Origin: Spirochaetia bacterium
Lineage (GTDB): Bacteria; Spirochaetota; Spirochaetia; SZUA-6; Bin103
Length of the DNA stretch: 64,000 nt
Assembly (NCBI GenBank): GCA_965203905.1
Contig: CBDBDQ010000005.1
Coordinates: 5,920,001 to 5,984,000, forward strand
Direction of reading: 5' to 3'
Numbering within the stretch: the stretch's first letter is position 1; each line of letters begins with the position of its first letter. Below are positions 1 through 7,905 of the stretch, piece by piece. The notes beneath the pieces were generated by a model, which saw only the letters and a program-made list of their open reading frames with translations, searched no databases and had not been told where the DNA came from. A program made the position numbers and the translations under genes.

Positions 1-1271
1 AGCCAGGGATGCTGCCCCTGAATATTGGGCGACGGAGGCTCGTTCCACCACCCCGACACCAGGATCCCGCCGTCTCCCATCGGCGCGTAGGCGAATCGCG
101 CGCCAAGCTCGACAGCCCACCAGTTGGGCTGTGCCTCCCCGAAGTCGGTTGCGGAAATCTCGCTCAGGGGGAGATAGAGGTTACCAGCGTCGTGGCTCCA
201 CTTCCCCTCCATCACGAAGTCCCACTCACCGTTGTCCACGAGGCTCTGGGGGTTGAGAGAATGATACCGGAACGTGCCATCCGCGCGCAGAGTAATGGTG
301 AGCTGAATATCGTCCGATGGCCGGATCGGACGTACCCAGGTACCAACCAGGTCAGGCAGCGCGTTCTCCAGGCGCTCGTAGCGAAACAGATCCGGCCGGT
401 AGTCATACCCCGGGCTCCATGCCCACTCGCTGACGATGAGCACGTCGCCATCGACCAGGTAGTAGTCGTGCTCGTTCGTCGCTTCGACGGGTGGATCACC
501 ATCGATCCACTTCCGGGTGATCGCGGAGTCGGATACGCCCCAGCCACCTGAATCGGACCAAGAGTTGACGACCGTCCCGTCGAACAGAACCTGCTCAACA
601 TAACTGATCCACCGCTCCCTGGTGAAGGTCAACGTCGCCCTCGTATCGCCGACCAGCTCATCGTCTTCGCGGTAGCCCTCCGCAAAAGTGGTGCGCCAGG
701 TTCCGAGGAGGCAGCGAAGCAGTCGTCCACTCACATCGCAACCCTGCACGACGCTCAGGTCGACACCGATCAGATCCGCCATTTGCAGATCGGCGTCCGT
801 CAGATCGGCACCGTGTAGATCGGCACCAACCAATGTGGCGCCGCGCAGGTTTGCACCGGTCAGGCCAACCCCGCGGAGGATCGCTCCAGACAGGTCCGCG
901 CTGTCCAGGTTCGCTGCCGCCAGATCGGCGCCGCTCAAGTCAGCGCCGCGCAAGGTAGTAGAGATCAGCGTGGCACCGCGCAAATCTGCGCCTCGCAGGT
1001 TGGCACCGTCCAAGTCACTGTTGCGGAGATCGGCCCCAGCCAAGCTCGCGTAGCTCAGGTTGATCTCGCGCAGATCCACACCGGACAGGCTCGCTCCAAC
1101 CAGGTTTGCGTTGGAACAGTCGGGCATGCACGCAAGCCGACCCTCACCACCAGCAGTCTCGGACGGCACGGCGGTCGGCGTAGTGAGCGGTTCGCAGTTG
1201 GCCAGCACCAACAGGCACGCAGTAGCACAGAGAACCCTCAGCACGTCCCTTCTCTGCAGTATCGTATCCAT
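1..1271 (-). CDS. Pentapeptide-repeat lipoprotein with two C-terminal lipocalin-like beta domains (runs off the left edge; absent from the ORF track)
   Basis: Manual minus-strand translation from ATG 1271 (GGGAGA RBS 5 nt upstream) gives MDTILQRRDVLRVLCATACLLVLANC (signal, lipobox-like Cys), then CMPDCSNANLVGASLSGVDLREINLSYASLAGADLRNSDLDGANLRGADLRGA... A(D/N)Lxx repeats, then LLGTW and LVGTW domains. No stop before base 1. Confidence 0.88.
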   Translation of the reverse strand, partial: MDTILQRRDVLRVLCATACLLVLANCEPLTTPTAVPSETAGGEGRLACMPDCSNANLVGASLSGVDLREINLSYASLAGADLRNSDLDGANLRGADLRGATLISTTLRGADLSGADLAAANLDSADLSGAILRGVGLTGANLRGATLVGADLHGADLTDADLQMADLIGVDLSVVQGCDVSGRLLRCLLGTWRTTFAEGYREDDELVGDTRATLTFTRERWISYVEQVLFDGTVVNSWSDSGGWGVSDSAITRKWIDGDPPVEATNEHDYYLVDGDVLIVSEWAWSPGYDYRPDLFRYERLENALPDLVGTWVRPIRPSDDIQLTITLRADGTFRYHSLNPQSLVDNGEWDFVMEGKWSHDAGNLYLPLSEISATDFGEAQPNWWAVELGARFAYAPMGDGGILVSGWWNEPPSPNIQGQHPW

Positions 1272-1734
1272 AACAATCTCCCGATGGTGGCTCGTCCACC
1301 GTCTATCTATGCTTCCGGTCGTCGAGATTAGTTACGCTTGGCTTGGGCACATCAAATCTCGAGATCCTATCGTGTTGCTGATGCAATGGCAGACGGATAT
1401 TGTCAACCGTTATGAATGAGGCCCTGATCTTCGCCGTCCATTCCATAATTGTGCACAAAGTATTGTGTAGCATGGATTTACATGCGCACGTGTTGTATTG
1501 GACTCAAGAGGATACTCCATCGGTCCGTTCGCGAAATGGCGATCTCTTTGGTTCATGATTTTCGCGCCAATTCGTGAGTTCGCGGATTGGGTTTCTATCT
1601 CATTGCTCTACGATGGCGACTGTTTCCATCAATTCATTTTAGAGAAACGATTTACTCTCGATGGTTTCGCACTGTGCCTAAGGAGTCGCGCCATCGCAAA
1701 ATAGAAAACTACAGAGTAGATTCGGGAACTATTC

Positions 1735-1762
1735 CGCGAATTCGCGAATTCGCGAATTCGCG
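1735..1762. repeat. Perfect 28-bp palindromic tandem repeat (CGCGAATT)x3+CGCG
   Basis: Sequence cgcgaattcgcgaattcgcgaattcgcg is its own reverse complement and lies in an AT-richer intergenic region. Confidence 0.95.
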
Positions 1763-1869
1763 AGAGAGAATTCGGTACTTGGCGACCGATTCCTGACTTC
1801 TTGCAATACAACGCCCGGCGAGATCGTCAAAACACGACTCGGTACTCCACGTATGTCGGGTCACGGCGC

Positions 1870-1980
1870 GAACAACCCGCCGGGGGCGAGGGAGTAGCGC
1901 CTCGTGCGAGCCGAGAGCGCGGTGGCGGCGGCGCTACCTGGGACCCGGCAAGCAGGTGGGTCGCATGGCCTTGGCCGGCA
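1870..1980 (+). pseudogene. Decayed fragment of the neighbouring Asp-box (sialidase-like) gene
   Basis: 1935-1953 tacctgggacccggcaagc is identical to 3522-3540. Translation GGGATWDPASRWVAWPW matches DGGRTWDPASRRVVWPY of the 3340 gene. Confidence 0.6.
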
Positions 1981-2071
1981 CCGCGCCGTACCACTCCAGG
2001 CGGCCTCCGGGTCGGAACCCGGCTCCGCCGGACGCCGCGTCCTGCGCCGTCATCGCCGCCTACCGCACGCC

Positions 2072-2259
2072 TTACGACTCGTTGCCGCCGTCCCCACGAG
2101 TCGCGGTGACGCCGGGAACGGCGAAGTCGATCCCGAACGGCCGCCGCAACTCCATGTAGGTCCAGTGGTACACCGGGTTGCCGCGGTCGACGTCCTGCTG
2201 AGTACCCGGGTGGCGGCGTCGAACTGCAGGCCGAAGATCTCCGGCTGCAACGTATAGTC
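2072..2259 (-). pseudogene. Possible frameshifted gene remnant of unknown family
   Basis: Two adjacent frames have host-like GC3 codon bias (DYTLQPEIFGLQFDAATRVL, then QDVDRGNPVYHWTYMELRRPFGIDFAV...*). No plausible start. Confidence 0.35.
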
Positions 2260-2318
2260 GCTTCGCCGGAGCCGCCCGATACGCGCCTCTGCGCGCGCGC
2301 TGCGTGCGATGCTCGGCG

Positions 2319-2347
2319 TTGACACCGCGAGGTGGAGCCCTTAACGT
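2319..2347 (+). promoter_or_regulatory. Sigma70-like promoter for the coiled-coil gene
   Basis: TTGACA (2319-2324), 17 bp spacer, TAACGT (2342-2347), 9 nt before GTG 2357. Confidence 0.65.
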
Positions 2348-2356
2348 TGACGCACC

Positions 2357-3193
2357 GTGGCGATAGTGACCGTACCGCGCCCGTTGCAGGAACAGCTTGG
2401 GGAAGCCGCCACCGATTCTCTGGTGGGGATGTTCGAGCAGTTTCAGGAAGCTCAAATCCAACAACAGGAGACCTCCAAGGAACTTCACTTCGAACTCCTG
2501 GAGGAGCGCTTTCTACGTCACGTAGTGGAGTCCGAGGGTCGACTGCGGGCCGAGATCGCCGAGTTGCGGGCCGAGACGACCGAGTCGGTCGGCCAACTGC
2601 GGGCCGGGATCACCGAGTCGGTCGGCCAACTGCGGGCCGAGATCACCGAGTCGGTCGGCCAACTGCGGGCCGAGATCACCGAGTCCGAGGGTCGACTGCG
2701 GGCCGAGATCACCGAGTCCGAGGGTCGACTGCGGGCCGAGATCGCCGAGTTGCGGGCCGAGACGACCGAGTCGGTCGGTCGACTGCGGGCCGAGATCACC
2801 GAGTCCGAGGGTCGACTGCGGGCCGAGATCGCCGAGTTGCGGGCCGAGACGACCGAGTCGGTCGGCCAATTGCGGGCCGAGATCACCGAGTCCGAGCGCC
2901 GGCTGCGCGCCGAGATGCAGGCCGGATTCGACCGGCAGCAGGAACAACTTGCCAGGCAGCAGGAACAACTTACCGCCCAGCAGGAGCAAATTGCGGGGCT
3001 CGGCAAGGAGATCGGCGCGGTGCGATCGGATCTCGGTAAGCAGATCGGCGCCGTGCACGTCGACGTGAACCGGCAGATCGGAGACGTACACAAGCAGATC
3101 GCACGGCAGACTCGGTGGATCCTGACCGTCCTCGGTGGCGCCGCGGTCCTGTTCCCGATCATTCAGCGGGTGATGGCGGTGTTGCTGCCGTAA
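2357..3193 (+). CDS. Membrane-anchored coiled-coil repeat protein (LA_3696-like / DUF1640-CCDC90-like architecture)
   Basis: Head VPRPLQEQLGEAATDSLV...LLEERFLRHV, long 11-aa and 7-aa repeat stalk, C-terminal hydrophobic anchor RWILTVLGGAAVLFPII. Confidence 0.85.
   Translation: MAIVTVPRPLQEQLGEAATDSLVGMFEQFQEAQIQQQETSKELHFELLEERFLRHVVESEGRLRAEIAELRAETTESVGQLRAGITESVGQLRAEITESVGQLRAEITESEGRLRAEITESEGRLRAEIAELRAETTESVGRLRAEITESEGRLRAEIAELRAETTESVGQLRAEITESERRLRAEMQAGFDRQQEQLARQQEQLTAQQEQIAGLGKEIGAVRSDLGKQIGAVHVDVNRQIGDVHKQIARQTRWILTVLGGAAVLFPIIQRVMAVLLP
2528..2920 (+). repeat. Intragenic tandem array: ten 33-bp (11-aa) units plus three 21-bp (7-aa) units
   Basis: Units ES(V/E)G(Q/R)LRAEI(T/A) and ELRAETT; DNA core such as gagtcggtcggccaactgcgggccgagatcacc is repeated almost identically. 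Confidence 0.95.
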
Positions 3194-3249
3194 CGGCGTG
3201 CGGCTGAAGGCAGCAACAGCGACAGCGGCATGGACAGCCGCACGCCGTT
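3192..3249 (+). terminator. 15-bp perfect inverted repeat after the stop codon (terminator or stability hairpin)
   Basis: AACGGCGTGCGGCTG (3192-3206) pairs with CAGCCGCACGCCGTT (3235-3249). No clear U-tract. Confidence 0.5.
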
Positions 3250-3339
3250 GCCGGACTTTCCTGACAGGATTTGGAGAAGCAGGCGTAAACTTCGCGAACC
3301 AACTGTGACACCTGGCGCGACGCTGCGGTAGAGTGCGGC

Positions 3340-4491
3340 GTGGCTCAGATCAGAGAACCCGAACTCGTCCACGTGTACAAGGACCCGGCGCACGCCACCA
3401 ACCAGGTCAGCCTGGTGCAGCTTGCCAATGGCGAGCTGCTGCTCGGCTTCAACGAGGAGCGCGGGCCGATCCACGCCGACAGCGGGCAGTCGTGCCTGAT
3501 CAAGTCCGCGGACGGCGGCCGTACCTGGGACCCGGCAAGCCGGCGCGTCGTCTGGCCCTACACCGAACATGCGGGCAACTGGGACTGCGCATTCGGCCAG
3601 CTCCGTGACGGCAGCATCCTGATGCACACCCGCGTCTGCAGCTTCATCGACTCCGGCGGCGCGGGCGGGCGCGACGACGCCCAGGCGCTTGGTCCCCCGT
3701 CCGCCCGCGCCGAGCGCCTGAAACGGCAGACCGGCTATGCCGTGCTCAGGTCGCTCGACAACGGCGCCACCTGGTCGCCCCCGGTCGAGGTCAACACCTT
3801 CCCCATCACCTCCGCCTCACTGGGCCGCTACGCCTGCGGCAACTCCGGCGCGGGACACGTGATCGAGTTGCCCGACGGCGGCGTGCTGATGCCGTTGTGC
3901 GGGACCATCAGCAACGACGACACCACCAGCCCGGTGGGCGAAACCGGGCGCAGCTTCCTGCTGCGCTCCGACGACTGCGGCGACCACTGGGAGCACTGGG
4001 CCACCATCGCCTACGACCCGGCGCACATCGTCCACTTCCACGAGCCGGGGGTGGCGCGCCTGCGCGACGGCCGCCTCATCGCCCTGCTGCGGGTGTCGCG
4101 CCGGCCCAACCGCTACGACAACCTGTGGTTCGGCTGCTCCGACGACGACGGCGCCAGTTGGAGCCGACCGCGGCGCACCAACATCTGGGGCTACCCCGCC
4201 GACGTGACGCAACTGCAGGATGGCCGCGTGCTGGCGGTATACGGCTACCGGCGTCCGCCCTGGGGGGTGCGCGGCTGCATCTCGGAGGATGGCGTGACCT
4301 GGGACGTGGCCAACGAGTTCGTGATCCGCGAGGGCGGCGCGGCCGCTCCCGAGGTGCCGTTCTTCTGGCACATTGGCTACCCGAGCGTGGCGCAGACGCC
4401 GGACGGCACCATCGTCGCCGCCTACCACGAGCACAGCGACGACCCGCAGCCGGTGCAGTTCATCTGCTGCACCCGATTCCGCCTGGACTGA
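3340..4491 (+). CDS. Sialidase-family (BNR/Asp-box beta-propeller) protein
   Basis: Asp-boxes SADGGRTW, SLDNGATW, SDDCGDHW, SDDDGASW, SEDGVTW; C-terminal GYPS; no signal peptide. Confidence 0.85.
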   Translation: MAQIREPELVHVYKDPAHATNQVSLVQLANGELLLGFNEERGPIHADSGQSCLIKSADGGRTWDPASRRVVWPYTEHAGNWDCAFGQLRDGSILMHTRVCSFIDSGGAGGRDDAQALGPPSARAERLKRQTGYAVLRSLDNGATWSPPVEVNTFPITSASLGRYACGNSGAGHVIELPDGGVLMPLCGTISNDDTTSPVGETGRSFLLRSDDCGDHWEHWATIAYDPAHIVHFHEPGVARLRDGRLIALLRVSRRPNRYDNLWFGCSDDDGASWSRPRRTNIWGYPADVTQLQDGRVLAVYGYRRPPWGVRGCISEDGVTWDVANEFVIREGGAAAPEVPFFWHIGYPSVAQTPDGTIVAAYHEHSDDPQPVQFICCTRFRLD

Positions 4492-4505
4492 GGAAACACA
4501 GACCG

Positions 4506-6125
4506 ATGAAGATCCCCGAGCACTCCCTTCACCACACCACCTTCGACGTGTGGCGCAGTCCCGGACGCTTCACCAAGAACCCCGACCTGGTCCGCCTGCC
4601 CTCGGGCCGCATGCTGCTGGTGTACGCCGACACCGACCGCCACTGGGCCAGCGACTACGTCATCCTGACGCTGCTGGCCAGCGACGACGGCGGCCGTACC
4701 TGGAGCAAGCAGGCCGAGGTGGCGCGCGCCGACCTGCAGGCCGGTGAAGAGCGGCTGGTCACCCCCCGCCTGAGCCGGCTCGGCGATGGCCGGCTCGTGG
4801 TCCTCTGCGACCGCGACGACGACGGCCACTTCCACCCCGATCAGCCGCCTGCCAACCTGGCCTGGTGGAGCCACGACGACGGCCGCACCTGGGGGCCGGC
4901 GCAGGAGACCGGGATCATGGGCTTCGAGCCGGACCGGATGCTGGAGCTGGGCAACGGGCAACTGGCGGTGCTGTCCCACCTGATGCGCCCCGACAGCCAG
5001 GAGTTCGCCGAGATCCTGTCGCTGTCCGACGACGGCGGAACGACGTGGCGGCAGGCGGCGGAGGTGGCACACGACGGCTACCACCGGTTCTGCGAGGGAG
5101 CGCTGGTGTTTCTCGACGGCGGCCCCGACGGCGGGCCGGGCGCGGGCGGAGAGCTGGCCTGCGTGCTGCGCGAGAACCACTCTGCCGGCATCCCCAGTTT
5201 CGTCGCCTTCTCCAATGACCACGGCGCCACCTGGTCGCCGCCGCAGATGTGCCCGTTCGCGCTGCACCGTCCCTACGCCAAGCGCCTGGCCGACGGCCGC
5301 GTGCTGGTTACCGGCCGCCACGTCAACGGGGGACTGGGCACCTACGCCTGGTGCGGCGACCTGCGCGCCGAGGCGGGCACCTACCAGGTCGGCGGGCCGC
5401 GGCGCAAGTTCGCCGCCGAGCTGCACGGGGATGCCCTGCGCATCGACAACCGTCCGGACCACGAGTGCCGCTTCAGCCTGCTGCCGCCGGAAGGAAGCCA
5501 CAGCGAGATCCTGTTTGAGGCGGAGGTGAAGGTGGATGGTGCCGAGCCGGCGGCGTTCCTCTCGATCTCGCGGCTGCGTTCCAACCGCGGCCCGGTGGAG
5601 CTGTACCTGGCCGCCGACCACCTGTCGCTGGCGGACCGGCGCCCGGCGGCCGTGGACTTTTCCCGTTTCCGCACGGTGCAGATTGCGCACCGCCGCGGAC
5701 TGCTGCAGGTCCGCGTCGATGGCGAGGTGGTGCGGTCGGCATCGGTGTTCCACGAGGAGCTGGTGCTGAGCGAGTTCATGCGCGGCGGCCCGCTGCACGC
5801 GCGCACCATGTTCGGGCAGCTCGGCGACAGCGGCAGGAGCTGGTGGCGCCGGTTGCGCTACGAGACGCGCAACCCCCGGCTCACCGACTGGCGCTGGAGC
5901 TGGGAGGCCGCGGACGGCCGGTGGCCGGACCAGTATCAACGCGACCGCCTGACCCAGGTGCACGGCAACCATCCCGAGCAGCAGCCGGGCCCGGACCACG
6001 GCTACTCCTCCTGGCTGCAACAGAAGGATGGCAGCATAGTGTTCGTCGACTACACCAACCTCGGCGACGCGGACGGCAAGAGCCACCTGGTGGGCGCCTT
6101 CATCGACCCGCAGGACCTGGCCTGA
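4506..6125 (+). CDS. Sialidase-family Asp-box protein with an inserted beta-sandwich (lectin/LamG-like) domain
   Basis: Start ATG 4506 after GAGGAAA. Asp-boxes SDDGGRTW, SHDDGRTW, SDDGGTTW, SNDHGATW; a long insert precedes the terminal DHGYSSW blade. Confidence 0.82.
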   Translation: MKIPEHSLHHTTFDVWRSPGRFTKNPDLVRLPSGRMLLVYADTDRHWASDYVILTLLASDDGGRTWSKQAEVARADLQAGEERLVTPRLSRLGDGRLVVLCDRDDDGHFHPDQPPANLAWWSHDDGRTWGPAQETGIMGFEPDRMLELGNGQLAVLSHLMRPDSQEFAEILSLSDDGGTTWRQAAEVAHDGYHRFCEGALVFLDGGPDGGPGAGGELACVLRENHSAGIPSFVAFSNDHGATWSPPQMCPFALHRPYAKRLADGRVLVTGRHVNGGLGTYAWCGDLRAEAGTYQVGGPRRKFAAELHGDALRIDNRPDHECRFSLLPPEGSHSEILFEAEVKVDGAEPAAFLSISRLRSNRGPVELYLAADHLSLADRRPAAVDFSRFRTVQIAHRRGLLQVRVDGEVVRSASVFHEELVLSEFMRGGPLHARTMFGQLGDSGRSWWRRLRYETRNPRLTDWRWSWEAADGRWPDQYQRDRLTQVHGNHPEQQPGPDHGYSSWLQQKDGSIVFVDYTNLGDADGKSHLVGAFIDPQDLA

Positions 6126-6342
6126 GCACCCCCGCCTCGCGCGCCGGCACCCTGCCCATGCTCCGCAGACGAGGCGCGGCGGCGCGGCGGCACGGCCTGC
6201 CAACTTGGTTACGGCGTGCGGTTCTCGCTATACTCGGTGAGTGCATGGACCCGCCGACCTTCAACGCCGGTCATTCCGCACCTGACCCGCACTCCGGTGA
6301 GCGCGCGGCGAGTGCCCCGGACATGACCCCGGTTCCGACCGG

Positions 6343-7074
6343 ATGCCGGCAGGGGTGCATGCGAGGCCGCACCTGAGCGTGCCGCACGGCGCACCGGTCG
6401 CTGCGACGGCGGCTACCGCCGGGCCGCCTGCGGCAGCCCCCACCGTCGACATCGAAACCCTGGTGACCGAGGACGACACGCCGGTGGACATGCGCTCCGA
6501 GAAGCAGCAACGGCTGCTCACCGAGCCGCTGTACAGTTCGTGGTCCGGGCCGGGGGCCGGGCGCATGTTTCTGGCGGCGGCCAATGTGGGAGTGTTCCCG
6601 GAGCCGCGCAACCCGGCGATCGTGCCGGACGTGTTCGTGAGCCTGGACGTGCAGGTGCACGCGAATTTCTGGGACAAGGCGCACCGGTCGTACTTCGTGT
6701 GGGAGTTCGGCAAGCCGCCGGAGCTGGTGGTGGAGATCGTGTCGAACCAGAAGGGCAACGAGGTGGGGCGCAAGCGGCGGCGGCACGCGGAAATGGGAGT
6801 CGGGTACTACGTGATCCACGATCCGCTGCATCAGGTGATGGACGACGAACTGCGCGTCTACCGGTTGAGCGGCGGGAGCTATGAACGCCAGGAGTCACCG
6901 TGGTTTCCCGAGCTGCGGCTGGAACGCCAGCGTGCGGACGAGGAACGTCAGCGCGCCGAACACGTAGAGCAGTTGCTGGCGGAAGAGCGCCGGCATGCGG
7001 AGCAGGAACATCGCCGGGCCGAACGCTTGGCGGCCTTGCTGCGCCAGTCGGGGATCGACCCCGAGCAGGAGTGA
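6343..7074 (+). CDS. Uma2/DUF820-family restriction-endonuclease-like protein with coiled-coil tail (possibly degenerate)
   Basis: LVTEDDTPVD...PDVFVSL...WEFGKPPELVVEIVS...YYVIHDP, tail ERQRADEERQRAE...ERLAALLRQSGIDP. Start uncertain. Confidence 0.85.
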   Translation: MPAGVHARPHLSVPHGAPVAATAATAGPPAAAPTVDIETLVTEDDTPVDMRSEKQQRLLTEPLYSSWSGPGAGRMFLAAANVGVFPEPRNPAIVPDVFVSLDVQVHANFWDKAHRSYFVWEFGKPPELVVEIVSNQKGNEVGRKRRRHAEMGVGYYVIHDPLHQVMDDELRVYRLSGGSYERQESPWFPELRLERQRADEERQRAEHVEQLLAEERRHAEQEHRRAERLAALLRQSGIDPEQE

Positions 7075-7295
7075 ACGCCCCCGTGCGGCATCGGCGGCAT
7101 GACCTGGACCCTGTCCCCCGCCCTCCGCCACGATCTCGCGCAATCGAGAGGGATTCTCCGCCAGCGGCAGGTACACGCTGCTGCGCAGGAGATTCCGGTC
7201 CAACTCCAGCGGACCGCAGCAGCCATCCATCAGGCACGTTCATTCGCGCGCAGAACGTGGCCTGAGCTCCGCCGGGAGCGGTATTCTTTGCGGCG

Positions 7296-7814
7296 ATGAC
7301 CCTGCGCGAGTTGTTCGCGGCGGTGGATGCCGCCCGCGTGCCGCTGTTGATCGGGCTGGGGGCGGTGGTGGCGCTGACCGCCCTGATCGGCCTGCTGCAC
7401 GGCCGCGGCAACGGCGGGCGGGCGCCGTGGCGCCAGTTGTACGCGTTCCTGGTGTACGCCGCCTGCGTCCCGGGCATCTTCGCCGCGGTGGCGATTGTCT
7501 ACGCCCTGCTGTTCACCGGTGAGAACCTGCTCGATCTCAACGCCGCCTCCTACCTGGCCCCGGTCGTGTCGATGGTGCTGACCCTGGGCCTGATGCGGCG
7601 CAATGTCAGCTTCGACGAGGTGCCGGGGTTCAAGCGTCTCACCGGCCTGATGACGATGATCGGCGTGACCTTCGCCATCCTGCTGGTGCTACGCAGCATG
7701 CGCGTCTGGCTGTTCTTCAGCGCCTCCCTGGGGTGGTTCTTCGTGCTGGCGGCGGCAATGTGCGTCCTGCTGATGTGGGGCAGCCGGGCGCTGTTCGGCC
7801 GCCGGCGGGATTGA
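7296..7814 (+). CDS. Hypothetical integral membrane protein (about 5 TM helices)
   Basis: Multiple hydrophobic segments, host codon bias, TATTCT -10 box 8 nt upstream. Confidence 0.75.
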   Translation: MTLRELFAAVDAARVPLLIGLGAVVALTALIGLLHGRGNGGRAPWRQLYAFLVYAACVPGIFAAVAIVYALLFTGENLLDLNAASYLAPVVSMVLTLGLMRRNVSFDEVPGFKRLTGLMTMIGVTFAILLVLRSMRVWLFFSASLGWFFVLAAAMCVLLMWGSRALFGRRRD

Positions 7815-7905
7815 CTCGCGGCGGGCACCCCGACCTGACTCTACCCGCTTGCCGGTGTGGCGCCGAGCCCGTAGGCTGGTCGGACCCTGTCCGGAGGCAT
7901 GCAAC

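Noticed and set aside
1498-1811. Three short ORFs in the AT-richer region
   Set aside because: They overlap, have atypical codon use, and their REFANS repeats simply reflect the DNA palindrome.
2528-2920. 33-bp repeats as a CRISPR array
   Set aside because: The units are contiguous with no unique spacers, in-frame inside a CDS, and no cas genes are present.
7099-7299. 66-aa ORF overlapping the next start (ATGA)
   Set aside because: It has no recognisable motif and weak codon bias, and the downstream gene has its own -10 box; not called.
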